DNA of 64,000 nt from a virus (Duplodnaviria > Caudoviricetes), in IMG/VR virus record IMGVR_UViG_3300027983_002389. One strand, given 5' to 3'. Of the stretch, positions 63,708 through 64,000 are shown in pieces (within the stretch, counting starts at the first letter, position 1; every line of letters starts with the position of its first letter). Made by a program: the position numbers and the translations under genes. The notes beneath the pieces are model-generated. The model did not search any database, had not been told where the DNA came from, and saw only the letters and a program-made list of their open reading frames with translations.

Positions 63708-64000
63708 AAGTAGAACAGCCTCTTAGTCCGTTCGCCAGCACTGAAAATCACAGCAGCAACGAACCGCTGTTAATTGATCCAGATGCCAGAGTGTCTTCTT
63801 TGGAATCGCTCAAAAGTGCTATTGGGGCTTTGAGTTTTTTACATGAATTGATTACAAAGGGAACGGCGACTATTGGCATTCGACACAATACGCTTGGTAT
63901 TTGTCGAGCGAAATTGGGACAACTTGATAAGTTTTTGGGAGCCAAGGACGATCTCAAGCAAGAAGAGGAATTGAAAAAGAATCTTCTTCGTCAAGCCAAT
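63686..64000 (+). CDS. Hypothetical protein, truncated by the window end
   Basis: AGGAG RBS, GTG start, open for 105 codons. Confidence 0.6.
   Translation, partial: MLSRKKLKVEQPLSPFASTENHSSNEPLLIDPDARVSSLESLKSAIGALSFLHELITKGTATIGIRHNTLGICRAKLGQLDKFLGAKDDLKQEEELKKNLLRQAN

Noticed and set aside
1-64000. Genome-wide TAG reassignment (genetic code 15)
   Set aside because: Coding density is high in code 11, long genes are unbroken, and csrA, ACP, ARH and DUF1003 end at TAG at their expected lengths.

Overview
A dense, mostly plus-strand accessory region of what is very probably a jumbo (huge) phage infecting Planctomycetota. The host is inferred from planctomycete-style CsrA, BON, sigma-70 and prepilin proteins. 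No capsid, terminase or polymerase gene lies in the window. It carries host-like genes (two csrA, folD, prs, clpX, ACP, thioredoxin, an ARC/Mpa-type AAA ATPase, YqgE/AlgH), two sigma factors, two ParB-like proteins, and an ADP-ribose writer/eraser/recycler set (WGR-PARP, ARH/DraG, Nudix). It also has three RNA ligases plus a kinase, several homing endonucleases, ArdC and about 50 hypothetical genes. Three promoter classes are visible: TTTACA-N17-TAGAAT (sigma-70 type), an invariant GGTCGAACCAAA-N11-CTCTCT element (11 copies, ECF-like), and a T4-late-like CTAAATA/CATAAATA box. The top finding is a candidate amber-gated translation-rescue system. TAG is an ordinary stop in this genome, yet there is an intact tRNA with a CUA anticodon (35313-35383) next to a decayed second copy. 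A peptidyl-tRNA hydrolase (Pth2-like) gene has RBS-ATG-ACT-CTT-TAG at its start, and its conserved N-terminal motif can only be made by reading through that amber at codon 4. A second gene has a TAG (54979) that appears to cut off a basic tail. All product calls come from motif recognition by eye; no database searches were run.
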